From a virus: a stretch of DNA of 64,000 bases. The position numbers and the translations under genes were made by a program. The notes under the pieces are model-generated. The model had not been told where the DNA came from. It saw nothing but the letters and a program-made list of their open reading frames with translations, and searched no databases. Location of the stretch: IMG/VR virus record IMGVR_UViG_3300033153_003354, positions 1 through 64,000 of that record. One strand, written 5' to 3'. Of this stretch, positions 18,211 to 27,939 are shown in pieces (position 1 is the stretch's first letter; each line of letters starts with the position of its first letter).

Positions 18211-18289
18211 GGCCTCGTAATCTAGTTAGAGAGAGGGTTGTTGACTTCGAATCAACTGTTCATGGGTTCGAATCCCATCATGGCCTCCA
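18211..18289 (+). tRNA. tRNA-Arg(TCG)
   Basis: GTTGA-CTTCGAA-TCAAC anticodon arm, ATGGG-TTCGAAT-CCCAT T arm, encoded CCA; two acceptor-stem mismatches. Confidence 0.8.
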
Positions 18290-18309
18290 ACCAAAAGGAG
18301 AAAGATAAA

Positions 18310-18420
18310 ATGGCAACAAAAGGAAAACCAAAGAAAGATGGAAGCGGAAAAGGAACAAGAGATAATAGAGGTCGTGGTGGGTGTAAAACCACAAATAAAA
18401 AAGGTAAAGGTAAAAATTAA
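18310..18420 (+). CDS. small basic Gly/Lys-rich protein (36 aa)
   Basis: AAGGAG RBS; MATKGKPKKDGSGKGTRDNRGRGGC. Confidence 0.65.
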   Translation: MATKGKPKKDGSGKGTRDNRGRGGCKTTNKKGKGKN

Positions 18421-18472
18421 AGATAGGTTTATATACCACTATCACTATGTGGTACTTGCAACAGGTGAAACA

Positions 18473-20446
18473 TTGCGAGTACCACGAATCGAAATTAAAA
18501 ATGATAAGTTGGCCATTTATGCTCCATATCAACAAGATTTCATAAATGAATTAAAATATGAAACAATAACTAGAACATGGAGAAATGATTATTGGGAAGT
18601 TTCAATGTTAGAAGCTACCATAGCCATAGACATTGTTAAGAAACACTGGCCAAGAATCAAAGATGTTCCAGAAGTAGATGATTTATCAACAATGCCTTTG
18701 GGATCATTGAACATCTCTGGAAATCAATTTATTATTATAGATTATCATGGAATAAATTGCCCAAAATTTAGAACAGAACTTCAGAATGTATTTTCAAGAA
18801 CATTTTATTCTAAAGGAAATTGGACAATTAATATCATTAACAAAAATGTTTTAAAGATTATCATTGGGTTTTGTAACAAATTCAGGATTGCAATATCACG
18901 AAAAATAAAAGATGAAATACAATTCAGACTAGATGAATACAATTTAAATAAAGAAAAACGAAAAGAATTCATGGAAGCATCCAAAGCTACCAGATCAGCA
19001 GATGCAATAGATATTCCTAAACTTGGTGGAACTCTATATCCATTTCAATCTGCTGGTGTAAGATATATTGATAAAACAAGAGGACGTGCTCTCATCGGAG
19101 ATGAAATGGGACTAGGAAAAACAATAATATCTTTGGCGTGGACACAACTTCATAATGAACAAACACCAGTGATTGTTGTTTGTCCAGCTTCACTAAAAAA
19201 TAATTGGGCAAGAGAAATATTAAAATGGACAGAAGCAGATAAAGTAATAATAATTAATGGATCCACCAATATACGAAGTATTACCAAAGATGATTTTAAA
19301 GGAAAAATAATTAAGGGCGATACCCCATTAATGGGTCACAGATACATTATTTTGAATTATGAAATGGTTAGTAAATGGAAAGATAAAATTCTTGAGATCG
19401 ACCCAAAGTGCATCATCCTTGATGAATGTCATTACATTAAAAATTATAAAGCAAAACGAACTATAAGTACAATAGATTTAGCAAAGTCTATTCCACATCA
19501 GATTGCATTAAGTGGAACTCCAATGTTAAATAAACCAATTGAATTATGGACAACGGTTAACCTACTTTCTCCAACAGTGTTTGATAATTTCATGGATTTT
19601 GCATACACCTACTGTAGTGCAAATCGTGGTGGATATGGATGGGATTTTAATGGTGCATCTAATTTGAATGAATTGCATGTTAAACTTGCAGAAAATTGTA
19701 TGTTACGAAGATTGAAGAAGGATGTATTGGATGAACTTCCTGCAAAAACAAGAAACACAATCATCCTTGGTATGGGTGGTGATGGTGAAAGACAATATAA
19801 TAAAGCATATCATAATTTGTTAGATTTTTTGATAGAAGAAAAAAAAAAAACAAAAAAACAAGCAGATAGATCAATGACTGCTGAAGTTCTCGTTAGAATT
19901 GGTGCATTAAGACAAACAATCGCAAAAGCCAAACTTCCAGCAGCAAGAGAGTGGTTACACAACGCACTAGATAGTGGAATGGAAAAAGTTGTTGTGTTTG
20001 TTCATCATCACGATACCGTTGATGCTTTGTATGAAGAATTTAAAGATATTGCTGTTAAGGTTACTGGTCATGAATCAATTAATGATAGGGATTCAAATGT
20101 ACAAGCATTTCAAATGAACGATGATATACGAATGTTAATTGGGACATTTGGTGCTGCTGGAATTGGACTGACTATGACAGCTGCCTCTGATGTTGTAATG
20201 TTGGAACTTCCATGGAGGCCATCAGATTTAACACAAGCTGAAGATCGACTTCATAGGATTGGTCAAGAAAAGAAAGTTACTGCGTGGTACTTGTTAGCAA
20301 GTGACACCATAGATGAATATATGGCAGATTTACTTGAACGAAAAATGGCAATCGCATCACAAGTATTAGATGGAACTTCTGATGAAGTAGTTGAGAATCT
20401 CAAAGGAGAATTCATTAAAATGTTAATGGATAAAGCAGAGGAATGA
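18473..20446 (+). CDS. SNF2/HARP-like helicase
   Basis: DEMGLGKT, DECH, LSGTP, QAEDRLHRIGQ; likely TTG start after GGTGA and a TATA-like box. Confidence 0.93.
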   Translation: MRVPRIEIKNDKLAIYAPYQQDFINELKYETITRTWRNDYWEVSMLEATIAIDIVKKHWPRIKDVPEVDDLSTMPLGSLNISGNQFIIIDYHGINCPKFRTELQNVFSRTFYSKGNWTINIINKNVLKIIIGFCNKFRIAISRKIKDEIQFRLDEYNLNKEKRKEFMEASKATRSADAIDIPKLGGTLYPFQSAGVRYIDKTRGRALIGDEMGLGKTIISLAWTQLHNEQTPVIVVCPASLKNNWAREILKWTEADKVIIINGSTNIRSITKDDFKGKIIKGDTPLMGHRYIILNYEMVSKWKDKILEIDPKCIILDECHYIKNYKAKRTISTIDLAKSIPHQIALSGTPMLNKPIELWTTVNLLSPTVFDNFMDFAYTYCSANRGGYGWDFNGASNLNELHVKLAENCMLRRLKKDVLDELPAKTRNTIILGMGGDGERQYNKAYHNLLDFLIEEKKKTKKQADRSMTAEVLVRIGALRQTIAKAKLPAAREWLHNALDSGMEKVVVFVHHHDTVDALYEEFKDIAVKVTGHESINDRDSNVQAFQMNDDIRMLIGTFGAAGIGLTMTAASDVVMLELPWRPSDLTQAEDRLHRIGQEKKVTAWYLLASDTIDEYMADLLERKMAIASQVLDGTSDEVVENLKGEFIKMLMDKAEE

Positions 20447-20572
20447 AAAACATGTCCATAAACGAAGAATACGGAAAGCAAATGATAAACATGATAGATT
20501 GTGTATGTAAACAACCAGAATTGTCTTATTCTCGTTGTTTGATATGTCAAATGAAGAAATAGAGGGATAAAA

Positions 20573-21010
20573 ATGGTTAGAGTTGGAACATTAACTGGCG
20601 CAAGAAGAGAACGGATAGGAAAAATAACAATGAAAGAATTTTTCAGATTGGGAGAACAAATCAATGGTAAATTGACTGATGATTTCCTTGATCCATTAAA
20701 TTTTGATGAACAAATACATCTACAAATATTCATAGGAAATGAGGTAATATCGACAATGAAAGAAGATTTTGATACATCTACTGTAGAATCAATTTGTAAT
20801 GAATTGATAAAAGAAATGGATTATATGAAAATACACAGAGAATTATTTGATCTTGGTAAAATAAATTATCAATTTGCTCCAAGACAAATTAACATATTCA
20901 TTAAGAGAAACATACCAAAACAATTACTACATACTCGAAAAAACAAGAAAAATTTGTTGTTATTCAGTCCAAAGGGATTTATGAATGACACTCTAGGAAT
21001 TGAGGACTGA
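20573..21010 (+). CDS. hypothetical protein
   Basis: ORF with RBS; converges on the structural block. Confidence 0.55.
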   Translation: MVRVGTLTGARRERIGKITMKEFFRLGEQINGKLTDDFLDPLNFDEQIHLQIFIGNEVISTMKEDFDTSTVESICNELIKEMDYMKIHRELFDLGKINYQFAPRQINIFIKRNIPKQLLHTRKNKKNLLLFSPKGFMNDTLGIED

Positions 21011-22075
21011 TACTAAATTGTATCTTTCTTCTCCAAGAACCAAATCACAAAACCAACCAGAAGAAGAATATTCATGGGTCATAGAAACTACACGATATAT
21101 TCTAGATGGTAATCGTTGTGTTCCATATAATCTATCATCTATGTAAACTATGGATCCAACTTCAACATCGTTCATTCCCCAAGTTTGTAACTCAACATTA
21201 TATAATGGAACAGCAAAAATGTCAATGAATGAATCGGCAGCTAATTGTAATCCACTTTGACTTTGGATAGTATCATCATTGATTGTTTTTTCTCTCCAGA
21301 ATCCATATACATCATGTGAATTTTGTGAATATGAAACAACATCTGTCAAACCAGAAGATGTATATTTAATTCTATTAATGATTGAACTAATATCCAAAGT
21401 TACTTTATCGGAAATCATTTGTGCATAATTTTCAGATGGTAAATAATTATAATATTTTTTACTTCCCAAGATCAATGATTTTGTAACATTTGTTTCAATA
21501 AGTTCCAGTGGTTCTCTTAATAGCATTGTTCCAACCAAAAAAGAATAAAACCACTCATACCCACCAATAGATGCCAATTTTTGAATTATATCCAATGATG
21601 CGTCTCTATCTGTAAAATCATAAGTAATTGAAATGTCTATTCCAGATGCCGAAGATAATAATGATGCTGGTCTTGATGTTTGTGTGTTTATATATTCAAT
21701 GATTGTTTGGATTGTTCCGATTTGTTGTGAATATGGAACCATTAAATCATCTACAGTTAATTCTTTTTCCCAAACTTCTCCAATTCCTTCTAATGGAACA
21801 GATAAAAAAGATCCACCAGAATCTATTGGTATTTCAATGGTTGATATTATTCCTTCAAATATTTTTTGTGGTGTTCCTGGTTCCCATCCAGCATATATTT
21901 TTACCGTTTCTCCACCTATTAATCTCACAGAATTTCTGCCCTTTGTATTATCAATTACTAGTGTGGCATCAGAAAGGGCATTTAAAGTATTATTAACAGT
22001 AAAAGAAACAAAATCAAAAAATGGGTCATCATCAATGAATATTTGTATTTCCGAAACTACTGCTAAATCACTCAT
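20993..22075 (-). CDS. tail tip/baseplate hub protein
   Basis: VKIYAGW...IFEG, YRVVSMTHEYS..GW motifs; last gene of the tail operon. Confidence 0.7.
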   Translation of the reverse strand: MSDLAVVSEIQIFIDDDPFFDFVSFTVNNTLNALSDATLVIDNTKGRNSVRLIGGETVKIYAGWEPGTPQKIFEGIISTIEIPIDSGGSFLSVPLEGIGEVWEKELTVDDLMVPYSQQIGTIQTIIEYINTQTSRPASLLSSASGIDISITYDFTDRDASLDIIQKLASIGGYEWFYSFLVGTMLLREPLELIETNVTKSLILGSKKYYNYLPSENYAQMISDKVTLDISSIINRIKYTSSGLTDVVSYSQNSHDVYGFWREKTINDDTIQSQSGLQLAADSFIDIFAVPLYNVELQTWGMNDVEVGSIVYIDDRLYGTQRLPSRIYRVVSMTHEYSSSGWFCDLVLGEERYNLVSVLNS

Positions 22076-24510
22076 AGTCCATACACCGTTAATCTTTCTG
22101 GATCAATTTCATGAACTTCTACAGAATATACATACACCAGGGGATCATCACTGGATATATCTGATGTATAATTCATCAACACACCCTTTATATCTCCATA
22201 TCCTTCCAAATACCAAATTATTAATTTTCCGTTTGATTCTAGAAAATCAAATAAATCTCGCTCTGTTTCCGCTTGTTCTTTCATTGCTGCATCTACTTCA
22301 TTTCTAGATAATGTTGTAAAATTACAACTACTTCCATGATGTTCTCCACTTACAGAAAATATTCTTCCTCCACTTTTTGTATGTTGTACCAAAGATTGTG
22401 TTGTTTCTGGTAGGTTTGTGTTTGATCCACCGGGATTACGAGATAATTTAATTCCCATTGGTGCAAATGCAGGGTCTATTCTAATGAATATTCCTTCGGA
22501 ATCAAAAATATATATTGTACCAAATATATGTTCACTGTCTTGATTAGTATCATCTTGTACCCAAAATTCCCATGTAAATCCAACATTATTTGGGGATTCC
22601 AACAATGGGTTGTTTGCTGTTTGATATACATATGTAATTAATGGATTGTTTGTTACTATAACACCCGACCCATCTCCTGGATCGAAATAATAAATCAACG
22701 AACCACCTTCTGGATCTTCGGACAAAATTCCATTAAAAAAGGTATCTTGGTCAACAAATCCCGTGATTGGTGCAATTAAATTAGCTACTGGAATTTGATT
22801 TTGTACCCAAAAACTTCTTCCAATATATTGTGATGTTGCCATGAATGTTGGTGAATTATATTTATCAGTAACATATATTTGTAGTGGGAACACAGAAGTA
22901 ATTGCATTTTCTTCAGATGTATAAGCATGTGTAATAGAAGGACTTGTTTGCCAACCATCTGTTATATCATCTCCCCAATCAAAATAAAAGCCTTGGTTCT
23001 CAAGTGGATCACCAGTTTCTAATTGTCCATATAGATTTATTTCATCTACTAACCATTCATCTTTTAATACATATGATGTACTCGTTTCTCCATCATATTC
23101 TAATCTTCCATGCCATAAACCAAATAATCCTCTTGATGGATAAGCATATTCAGATAAATCAAAAGATATAATGGGTGTTTTTGGATCGAGTGTTCCATCA
23201 TCTACATAAATTCTAATTAAATCTATGGTGAATTTTACTATAAGTGTAAATGCACCAGATGTATCAATATCTCCTAATGTATCACTTATTTTTGTTCTTG
23301 CATCGGGTCCATTTATGATCGATATTTCTGCATAATCACCCCACCAAAGACCTAAAAATATTCCAGTGTGCATACCACGATTTGGATAAGATGAAAGAAC
23401 GGTTGTTCTAAATCCGGTTATTGTGTCTGGATTTCCAACGTGTAATGCTATTCCAGTGAATGGATGTTCTGCTATAGATTCATTTATCGTGCATTCCATT
23501 TCAACAGTATAAAATCCAGAATCTAATCCTATATCTGTTTGCTCTATTGTTCTAATCATCCATTTATCTGTACTTGCGGTACTTGATACTTCTGGAAATG
23601 TGATTTCACTTAATATTGGATTTGCCACAGTTTGATCAATTGGTTTATGAATAACATTTTCAAATTTACCCAAATCAGCACCATCAAATAATTCTGTTAA
23701 TGATGGTGTCGGTGAATTTGCTTGTATTGTTTGACTTGCATCAAACGTTTCTAACACACCGCCTTCTAATACAGTTGGAGAACTTAAATGATTCCAAAAT
23801 GATATTTTTGTGGATCTTGGTAAAACTGGAGCAAGACCAAAATTTCCTCTTCTCAATTCTGTTGGAACTTCCAAGGATGTAGCATATAAATATTGCCAAG
23901 GATATACTGCATAATCATTACCACCAGTATCTGCTGCTGTATTATCGGTTTCTATAAATATAGTTAATTTTCCAGGGTTTATTCTTCCATCTATTTTGAT
24001 GTTTCTCCATTCATCTTCTGGAATACCACCATCAGAACGAGCTTCACCCAAGTTAGAAACCGGAGAATCTGGGAATTGTAATAAACTATTAAATTCGTGA
24101 TAATAATAAAACGTTTCTGTTAGTGAGAAATGAATTCTCATTGCAGTAAATGGTTCATCATCACCAATATATCCAATTATCACCCATAAATCTTTATCTT
24201 CAACTCCACCAGATACAAAATTCAATCCAAATTCCAAAGATGGATTCCAATTATCATATATATATGGTGATGTTGGTGTGTTTGATTCTGTTATTTTTGT
24301 TGTATCATCTGTTCCCCCGGTGATTGTTAAATATCCAGATCCTTCAACATACGAAGCACCACCAAGAACATCATAATCCCATACGGCTGTGTCTGGTGCT
24401 CCTGTTCCACCAAAATCATCATATACTATTATGTCTTTTTCTGTGTTATTCCATCCAACAATAGGTTGGACACTAGAAGTAGTTTCTACATAGTCTTTGG
24501 TATATGCCAT
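22072..24510 (-). CDS. tail protein with lectin-like and PKD domains, possible C-terminal Dit-like domain
   Basis: FDWGDD..HAY, SEDPEG..Y.FDPGDG PKD motifs. Confidence 0.65.
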   Translation of the reverse strand: MAYTKDYVETTSSVQPIVGWNNTEKDIIVYDDFGGTGAPDTAVWDYDVLGGASYVEGSGYLTITGGTDDTTKITESNTPTSPYIYDNWNPSLEFGLNFVSGGVEDKDLWVIIGYIGDDEPFTAMRIHFSLTETFYYYHEFNSLLQFPDSPVSNLGEARSDGGIPEDEWRNIKIDGRINPGKLTIFIETDNTAADTGGNDYAVYPWQYLYATSLEVPTELRRGNFGLAPVLPRSTKISFWNHLSSPTVLEGGVLETFDASQTIQANSPTPSLTELFDGADLGKFENVIHKPIDQTVANPILSEITFPEVSSTASTDKWMIRTIEQTDIGLDSGFYTVEMECTINESIAEHPFTGIALHVGNPDTITGFRTTVLSSYPNRGMHTGIFLGLWWGDYAEISIINGPDARTKISDTLGDIDTSGAFTLIVKFTIDLIRIYVDDGTLDPKTPIISFDLSEYAYPSRGLFGLWHGRLEYDGETSTSYVLKDEWLVDEINLYGQLETGDPLENQGFYFDWGDDITDGWQTSPSITHAYTSEENAITSVFPLQIYVTDKYNSPTFMATSQYIGRSFWVQNQIPVANLIAPITGFVDQDTFFNGILSEDPEGGSLIYYFDPGDGSGVIVTNNPLITYVYQTANNPLLESPNNVGFTWEFWVQDDTNQDSEHIFGTIYIFDSEGIFIRIDPAFAPMGIKLSRNPGGSNTNLPETTQSLVQHTKSGGRIFSVSGEHHGSSCNFTTLSRNEVDAAMKEQAETERDLFDFLESNGKLIIWYLEGYGDIKGVLMNYTSDISSDDPLVYVYSVEVHEIDPERLTVYGL

Positions 24511-27500
24511 TATGGTCCCTCCGCTGAAAATCTCTTTAATCCACCTGTATCTACACCCACTACACCAACTGTGATGTAATCGAATGGATTATCTGTTGTT
24601 AAAATACCTTCTGAATCTTCTCCTACATCTGACCATGTAGATGTTGTTCCCAAAATAGGACTATCTATTATTGGAACCAATGTTTCTTCTATTACACCAA
24701 CCAAATCCCATCTAACAAAATCTTCTTCTGGTGTTACATCATCTGTCCAATCCCATATAGCCCTTGTTTGTCCAAATGCAGTTGCATACCATGGAGTGGC
24801 ATCTATTGCCACTGGTTGAATTGGAATATTTGTTTGCCAATTTTCAATATCAGAATCTATATTGTTTCCACTTCCATCTAACAGTTTTACATAATATTCC
24901 ATGTCTCTTCCAGATGGCCAAGTATCTTGTGTTGGATCAAATTCATGAATATCTGTTTGTAAAACAATCTCATGATAAAATTCTTCATAATATGTTGGTT
25001 CTATTTCTATGTTTTTAATATCCATATATTTGAAAACAGAATATGAATTTCTGGCATTAAATAATAATCGTCCTTTTGAATCACTAATATTTGATGCATC
25101 AATATCAATATATTTTGTACTGTTTGCCCATATTTCAAAATGATCTTCTTTTTTTATGTATTCTATGGATATGAATCCAGCAACTGGATCCAAAGGAATT
25201 GTTCCAGCAATTATGAAAGAAGAATCAATACCAGTTCTTAAATATCTTACAGTAAATGTATTATTATTATTTACAGTAAATCTAACATAAAATGATGGGG
25301 TTACATCATTATCAAAATCATCATCTGTTTGTAGTTGCAAAATTGTTGCTCCTGATTCAGCTTGCCAATCAAATGTTAAATTAAAATCTCTCATTTGTGA
25401 TGTGTGTGTCATATATTTTTTTGGTGCAACAATAATATTATTTATATCAATAGCACCCTTTGCAAATAATCGTATGGTATCTACTGCATTATATTCAAAA
25501 TATCCTACTCCAGTGATAGTTAATTGTTCAATTAATTCTAACATTGCATCTTCATTTGCAAAATCAATATTCCAATTAGTAAATGTCGTCCATCCCGGAG
25601 CACCAACATCACGAAAATATATTTCTGTTGTATCTGATTCTCCAGAAAAAGCACCCCATTCAATATTTATAAACGCAGAATTTATATCTAATAATACTAA
25701 TGTTGGTTTTGAAGGATCGAAATTTGCTAATATACTAAACGAACTTAATCCAATTTCCCATTTATGTGTATTATTATCATACGGAACTATTGCATACCAA
25801 TATGTATTTCCAGAAATAGCAGAACTATCTTCCCATGTTTTATTTGTTGCTCCAACTATAGTATAAATTGGTGTCAATAAACTAACATCACTGAAACTTC
25901 CATTTTCTCTATAAATTAAATAACCACCTGTATCAGAATCATGTGTATATATATTCCAATCTAATTCTACTTCGTTTGAAAATATATTATTTGATAATAT
26001 CAATGAAGTTACTCTTGGTGGTTTGAAATCTGTTGTTAAATTAAATGTTGTTAGTCCAGTAATGTGTTTATTTGTTTCATCATCATATGGAACAACAGCA
26101 TAATAATAAAGTGTTGCGTCAGATGGTGGGAAACCAGTTCCTTGATCGTTCAAATAAAGTTTCAAACTACCAGGAGTTATTGTATCAATTAATGTAGCCC
26201 CTGATGTGGCACTAAAATTTATTGTGTTTCTATATACTTCATACCCCAATACATCAGAATCTTGGGAATATCCACCCCAATCAAGATAAACACCATCTAA
26301 TTCACGTTCATTTGTTATTATTAAAGAAGTTATCTTTGGTGGGCTAAAATCAGATGTGATGTTTACATTAGTTAATCCTTCATCTATATAATTTCCTGAA
26401 GTATCATATGGAATTACTGCATAATAATAAATCTGATTATTATTTGGTCCATCTATAGCTGATTGTAAATCTTCAAATGTTTTAGTATTTGGGTTTGTTA
26501 TATCTAGTAATTCTCCAGACATGGGAGTTGGTACAGTTGAAAATGGTGAAGTATCACGATATATATAATAACCATCTAGATCAGCCAAAGATGAATCGTA
26601 TGTTGTCCAAGAAAGAACGAGTTTATTATCATCCCTATCATTGGTCAATATCATATCAGTTACTTTTGGGGGACTCATTTCAGCAAGAACTGATTTTGTT
26701 TCAAGTAAATCTACATGTTTATAACCATCTATATCTATTGGTATAATAGCATAGTAATATAAAGTTCCATTCACTGGAGTTGTATCTGTCCATTCTTTAT
26801 CTGGTGGTGTTGCTGGACCAACAGTATGTATTGGTGTTAATACACTAGGAGTTGTGACATCTATGAAATTTGTTGTTTCTCTATAAATTTCATAACTTCC
26901 AGTGTTCATATCAGATGGTGGTGAATATAATGGCCACTCTAAAAGAATTGAGTTTGTTCCATTCTGAACAGTTGGTTCTATTTGAGTAGAAGTCATTCTT
27001 ATTGGTGACCAATCTGTTAGAACTTCCTCTACATTTAAATCTGTTAAATGTACCCCACCTTCTAAATCTTCACATACAACAGCAATATAATAATATTTAT
27101 CATTATCAAATGTATCTAGATTTGAATTCCAAACAACACCAGCATCAATATCATATGTTTTTGTAGCTGGATTTGTTATTGTACTTCCAGTAACTTCATA
27201 TACTCCAGAATCAGTAGTAGCACTAAATGATGATTCACTCATATAAAGTCGATAATGATCGAAATCAGCTGGTGGTGTGTATGTAGACCAAATAACTGTA
27301 ACTTTATTTTCATCATTCACATTAGTTGCTGTTGGATCTACTCTGTCTGGAGCTGGATCTGTATATGTTATTTTTATGTATGGTTTAAGTACTGCATTTT
27401 CTTTGGTATAAAAATAAGCATTATTATTTATCAAAACATCTTCTGATTCAGATTTAATTAAAACAAAATATTCATCTTCCCAGTCTGTTATTATATCTGT

Positions 27501-27935
27501 TATGTCAAAAGACACCCAAGTATCACTAGGAACAACAATTGGATTATCCATAGCAACTGAAGCAAAATCTCCACCAGCAATTATCCAATTTTGTGATGAT
27601 GTACTTTTATTCCAAGTTACTTCATCTTCAACAAAATCTTTTGTGATTCCAACATTTAATTCATATATTCCTAAAGTTATACTTGTTGCAATTTGATCTC
27701 CACCTTTATATATGAATAATTCTACTTTATCAATTGTTGCATTTGGTGCTGGAATTGATGGAATTTCTCCACGTAATACAAGTCTTGATTTGGATGTTCC
27801 AACACCAAAATGACCAACATACATTGTATTAAGAGTTCCAAAATTAGTATCTGGATTGATTGATTGAATATATGAATCCGCTAATATATATGCTGTTCCG
27901 GTGAGTTCTTTTTGTGGTGGTACTGGTGATGCCAT
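24510..27935 (-). CDS. tail adhesin: DNRLRE-like domain plus FN3 repeats
   Basis: DSYI...PDTNFG, VTWN, KPY; repeated W..Y...Y.IYR...YYYA(V/I)xPxD units. Confidence 0.75.
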   Translation of the reverse strand: MASPVPPQKELTGTAYILADSYIQSINPDTNFGTLNTMYVGHFGVGTSKSRLVLRGEIPSIPAPNATIDKVELFIYKGGDQIATSITLGIYELNVGITKDFVEDEVTWNKSTSSQNWIIAGGDFASVAMDNPIVVPSDTWVSFDITDIITDWEDEYFVLIKSESEDVLINNNAYFYTKENAVLKPYIKITYTDPAPDRVDPTATNVNDENKVTVIWSTYTPPADFDHYRLYMSESSFSATTDSGVYEVTGSTITNPATKTYDIDAGVVWNSNLDTFDNDKYYYIAVVCEDLEGGVHLTDLNVEEVLTDWSPIRMTSTQIEPTVQNGTNSILLEWPLYSPPSDMNTGSYEIYRETTNFIDVTTPSVLTPIHTVGPATPPDKEWTDTTPVNGTLYYYAIIPIDIDGYKHVDLLETKSVLAEMSPPKVTDMILTNDRDDNKLVLSWTTYDSSLADLDGYYIYRDTSPFSTVPTPMSGELLDITNPNTKTFEDLQSAIDGPNNNQIYYYAVIPYDTSGNYIDEGLTNVNITSDFSPPKITSLIITNERELDGVYLDWGGYSQDSDVLGYEVYRNTINFSATSGATLIDTITPGSLKLYLNDQGTGFPPSDATLYYYAVVPYDDETNKHITGLTTFNLTTDFKPPRVTSLILSNNIFSNEVELDWNIYTHDSDTGGYLIYRENGSFSDVSLLTPIYTIVGATNKTWEDSSAISGNTYWYAIVPYDNNTHKWEIGLSSFSILANFDPSKPTLVLLDINSAFINIEWGAFSGESDTTEIYFRDVGAPGWTTFTNWNIDFANEDAMLELIEQLTITGVGYFEYNAVDTIRLFAKGAIDINNIIVAPKKYMTHTSQMRDFNLTFDWQAESGATILQLQTDDDFDNDVTPSFYVRFTVNNNNTFTVRYLRTGIDSSFIIAGTIPLDPVAGFISIEYIKKEDHFEIWANSTKYIDIDASNISDSKGRLLFNARNSYSVFKYMDIKNIEIEPTYYEEFYHEIVLQTDIHEFDPTQDTWPSGRDMEYYVKLLDGSGNNIDSDIENWQTNIPIQPVAIDATPWYATAFGQTRAIWDWTDDVTPEEDFVRWDLVGVIEETLVPIIDSPILGTTSTWSDVGEDSEGILTTDNPFDYITVGVVGVDTGGLKRFSAEGP

Positions 27936-27939
27936 TTTA

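Noticed and set aside
18238-18472. ORF-track starts at 18238 and 18338
   Set aside because: They overlap the tRNA and the small basic ORF; better RBS-supported starts exist at 18310 and 18473.
19839-19858. Long poly-A run in the helicase as a phase-variation or frameshift site
   Set aside because: The frame stays intact, encodes a Lys run, and helicase motifs continue downstream.
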